A DNA stretch of 64,000 nucleotides from the human T2T-CHM13v2.0 reference genome, Homo sapiens: the NCBI RefSeq assembly GCF_009914755.1, contig NC_060932.1. One strand, 5' to 3'. Under the pieces are notes generated by a model, which was not told the DNA's origin, searched no databases, and saw nothing but the letters and a program-made list of their open reading frames with translations. Shown here piece by piece: positions 58,020-64,000 of the stretch (positions are counted from its first letter, which is position 1; every line of letters begins with the position of its first letter). The position numbers were made by a program, and so were the translations under genes.

Positions 58020-58985
58020 TTTACAGACAGGTCACCCAGGCTGGAGTGCAGTGGCATGATCACAGCTTATTGTAACCTTGAACTCCTGGGCTTTAAAGCA
58101 ATCCTCCCACCTCAGCCTCCCAAGCAGCTGGAACTGTACATGTGCCACTATGCCTGGCTAATTAAACACAATTTTTTTTTTAGAGACAGAGTCTTGCTAT
58201 GTTGCCCAGGCTGGTCTCAAATTCCTGGCCTCAAATGGTTCTCCTGCCTCAGCCCCTAAAGTGCTGGGATTACAGGCATAAGCCACTGCACCCAGTCAAT
58301 ACAATTTTATTTTTAATAAACCCCCAGAGTTCCTTCTGAATTCTGTCACTTTGTACTTCTTTGTACACTTTGTACATCTTGCTGCTGCTTTGCACATGGA
58401 GCCTTGTTTATTCACTCATTCAACAAGTGTTGATTGAATGCAGAGACTTTACATAGTCTGTATTCAATGCTATACCCACGTGACATAAAACAGGGTCTGC
58501 ACTCAATGAACAAATAAATCATTGTGTAATGTATCAGATGGAGACTAGTGCTATGGAGAGAAATAAAGCAGGATAAGGAGGCTTCGAAGGCTGGGTACAC
58601 CAGGGGTTCCTATTTTATGTAGGATGGTTAGGAGAAACCTCACGGAGAAGGTGGCATTGGAGCAGAGATCTGAAGGAGGTGAGGGAGTGAGCTGTACAGA
58701 TATGTGGGCAAAGAGTATTCTAGGCAGAAGGAACAGCGAGTGCAGTCTCTAAGGTGCAATTGTGCCTGCTTAAAGAACAGAAGAAGGCAGGTGGTCCAGC
58801 AGAGCAGGGAGGGGCGCATGGGAGGAGATTCAGTTAGGGGCACCTGGGTCAGAAAGGTAAGGTCTTGGAGACACCATTGAAATCACTTTGGCTGAGTGAG
58901 ATAGGCAGCCACTGGAGGGTTCTGAGCAGAGAGACATCACCTCTTGGTTATATTTTGAAAGGATTACTCTTGCTGCTGTCTTGCT
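58020..58985 (-). mobile_element. Alu (58020-58296) and L2 remnant (58408-58985)
   Basis: L2 end tattcactcattcaacaagtgttgattgaatgc...ttttgaaaggattactct. Confidence 0.8.
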
Positions 58986-59054
58986 GTACTGTATGCCACT
59001 GGGATCTGAACACTAAACATTGCTAAGAAACCCACCCACCACCAGGATATTTGG

Positions 59055-60134
<1,080 letters not shown>

Positions 60135-60405
60135 AGAAGGCCATTCTTAGTAGTGAGTGAGGGAGACAATCTAATAATCTTCTTTTTAAAAATTACAAAG
60201 AATGAATGAATGAATTTATTTAAAAGTACATGCAGTAAAATTCTCTCTTTGTTGTGTTCTATAGGTTCCAAAAAATGTAGTCATGTATTTATCACCATAG
60301 TCATAATACAGAACAGTTACATTAACTCAAAAAATTCCCTCAAACATACTGATTTTTTAGACAGTAGACAATGCATTTGCTAAAGTTTTTAAACCCTGTT
60401 TATAG

Positions 60406-60687
<282 letters not shown>

Positions 60688-60879
60688 TAAAATCACCCAC
60701 TGATAATTTACACACATCTTTTGTATATTTGTTTATTAAAGGAAAAAGGAAGAATTAGTCTCTACATAATAACTTGTATTTTCCACATTTCCATATTTGC
60801 CTGCAGAATTTAAATCCTACACATTTTGATATAATAGCAAGTAAAATGTTCTGTTCTCTCTGCCTAGCAGCAGCTCCTT

Positions 60880-60937
60880 ATACCAGTGTTTTAATCCAGG
60901 TTTTGGGCATACCAGTGTTTTAATCCAGGTTCTGGGC
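60880..60937. repeat. 29-bp tandem duplication (one mismatch)
   Basis: ataccagtgttttaatccaggtt(t/c)tgggc twice. Confidence 0.95.
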
Positions 60938-61323
60938 TGTAGAACATGTATTAATCTTTTGTGATGGGAGACTTGCTCTCAGTGTTGTCCAGATACAAAT
61001 CTAAAACTGCCTTGTCTAGTTTGATAGAATTATCTATCCATTGTTGAGTTTTAGGTGTTAGAGAATGGAAACCTATGGGCTAGAGTATTATTTGTATAGC
61101 TAGATATATACCATAAATGGTTTTATAGTAAAGCAGCTGTATGGATCCCTCACTCATAAGCAGCCACACATGGCTTAGAAATATTCTAAACTATGAGAGG
61201 AGGAAGGGAATTAGATACCTTTCATCACTGATCTGTGTCCCTGTTGTAATGCAGTGATTGCCAAAAGAGGGTTTCTGTAACAGGAGCCACCCACAGACCT
61301 GACAGTGGTACACCTCTTCTCAG

Positions 61324-61447
61324 GTCTGCACACCAGCAGAGGCAGGCCCAGTTTCTGGGCCCCAGATTGACTTCACAGAGCCCCAGTAAAGATGGAAAGC
61401 CAGAACCCCCCAACTGGGGATTGAGAAGAAAAAGTGGATGGGAAGCT
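61324..61447 (+). other. NDUFAF6: 124-nt cryptic/poison exon in NDUFAF6 intron 3
   Basis: Acceptor cacctcttctcAG (61322-61323), donor GCT|GTGAGT (61448), in-frame TAA at 61387-61389. Confidence 0.75.
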
Positions 61448-62879
61448 GTGAGTATTAGATTAGTTCTTTACCTCTGTTCATCCCACTTCAAGAAGCTCAA
61501 CCTAGGTGACTCACTAAAAAGTTTTCCTAAAATCCAGAAACCCTTTCTATTTATTACTTTACACCTAAATCGGAGTATAGTGGAGGTGGAGGTTTATGTT
61601 AAGACTTGCGTAAAAGGTTCTGGCCTTTGTTGGGAAATATGTGGAAGATTAGAGAGTCCTTTGATGCAAATTTATCTTTCCTTGGCTTCCCTTAAAAAAC
61701 CAGAAGACAAATCTGAATTACAGAATGTTTACATATCTGCCAATTTAGGATTGCTAAATTGTCCGATTTTAATAGCTGCTTAAATTTTGATGGTTAATGT
61801 TGGCTGGCTTTCTGACGTGACCGGTGTTGAAGCTGAACGTGAATATTTGAAAGATGCAGGTCATGTTCAGTGCAGTTGTCCTTGCTGCATGTTCTCTATC
61901 CTTCCCCATTCTGCTGGAGCATATGGGGCATATTGGGTATTTGAAGTGTTGGGTTCTTGAGGAGATTAAATAGAGGGAACAATGACAATGTGTTATCCAG
62001 AGAGCACTTTTCTGCTGCACTGTTTCATTGGTATTTTTAGGGTACAAGATACTTGAATATTTATAATTTCTTATCCATTCTAGATGGGTTCCCCATTTCT
62101 CTGTATGAATTTTAGCTGCAGTTTGAATTTATGTTTATAACCAAGGTCTTTCTTCTATTTGGCTTCAGTTTCCAGAGTTCACACTTCATTCAGCAGATTT
62201 CCAACTTCTTTAAAATATTTACTTTTTTACCTTGGTCTCCGATTTCCTTCTGAATCAGAGCTATATTTTATAATCAAGGATCTACAGCCATTACAGCTTC
62301 AGCCTTGAGTAAATAGGAGTTTGGCTTTTCATTTATTAAATATTTATTTAGTACTTTTTTATGTGCTAGGAATGGTGCTTGAAGGTCCACAAAATCAAAC
62401 ATGCCCATCGGCCCAGATGTGTAAAATAAAACAAGAGCATGAGTCTGTAATGACCGATTGGCTGATTCCTGGAATTTGGAAGAGAGGCCTATGGGGAGAG
62501 TCCTGCCATGTAGTAGTAGTAGTAGTGCCGAGAACACTTAAGAACTAACGCCTTTTTAACTTCTATTAGATTCCTGCCAGGCAAAGTGGGCTCTGTTCTC
62601 CATACATACACCTTTGTCATGTAATGCATTTTGATGAGCACGCTGGCCTTTACATTTAGTATCAGTGACATCTGAGAGTCTTAGTTGAAGTATAGCATAT
62701 CCCTAGATTTTATGTTTCACTACTATGTTTATTTTTTGTGAAAATATATTATGCTTAATGCTGACATGGCAGAAAAAAAAACATTTTAAAAACTTACTTG
62801 GAAATAATTCCAAACTTTCAGAAAGGTTACGAAATTCAAAGCAGGACAAACACCTCTATACCCTTTATCCAGATTCATC

Positions 62880-64000
<1,121 letters not shown>

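Overview
Human (primate) genomic DNA containing the 5' end of NDUFAF6 (C8orf38), the mitochondrial complex I assembly factor of the squalene/phytoene synthase fold, on the + strand (chr8q22.1, from recognition of the peptide). A CpG-island promoter at ~49.6-50.35 kb leads into coding exons 1-3 (49962-50158, 56949-57048, 60406-60528; codons 1-140), and the gene continues past the window end. The first ~49 kb has no credible protein-coding sequence. It holds roughly 50 Alu copies or fragments across the window, MaLR/ERV LTRs, L1/L2/MIR remnants, a Tigger DNA transposon and microsatellites; nearly all ORFs in the supplied track are Alu or repeat artefacts. I found no convincing new biological system. 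The best observations are: (1) fragile NDUFAF6 splicing (GC donor with a competing +4 GT, a donor running into A14, and candidate stop-containing poison exons of 40, 115 and 124 nt); (2) a ~195-bp locally templated duplication flanked by ~29-bp direct repeats at 12-13.3 kb; (3) several odd Alu arrangements. Repeat subfamily names and boundaries are by eye and approximate. Disease-variant names are recalled from memory and need checking.
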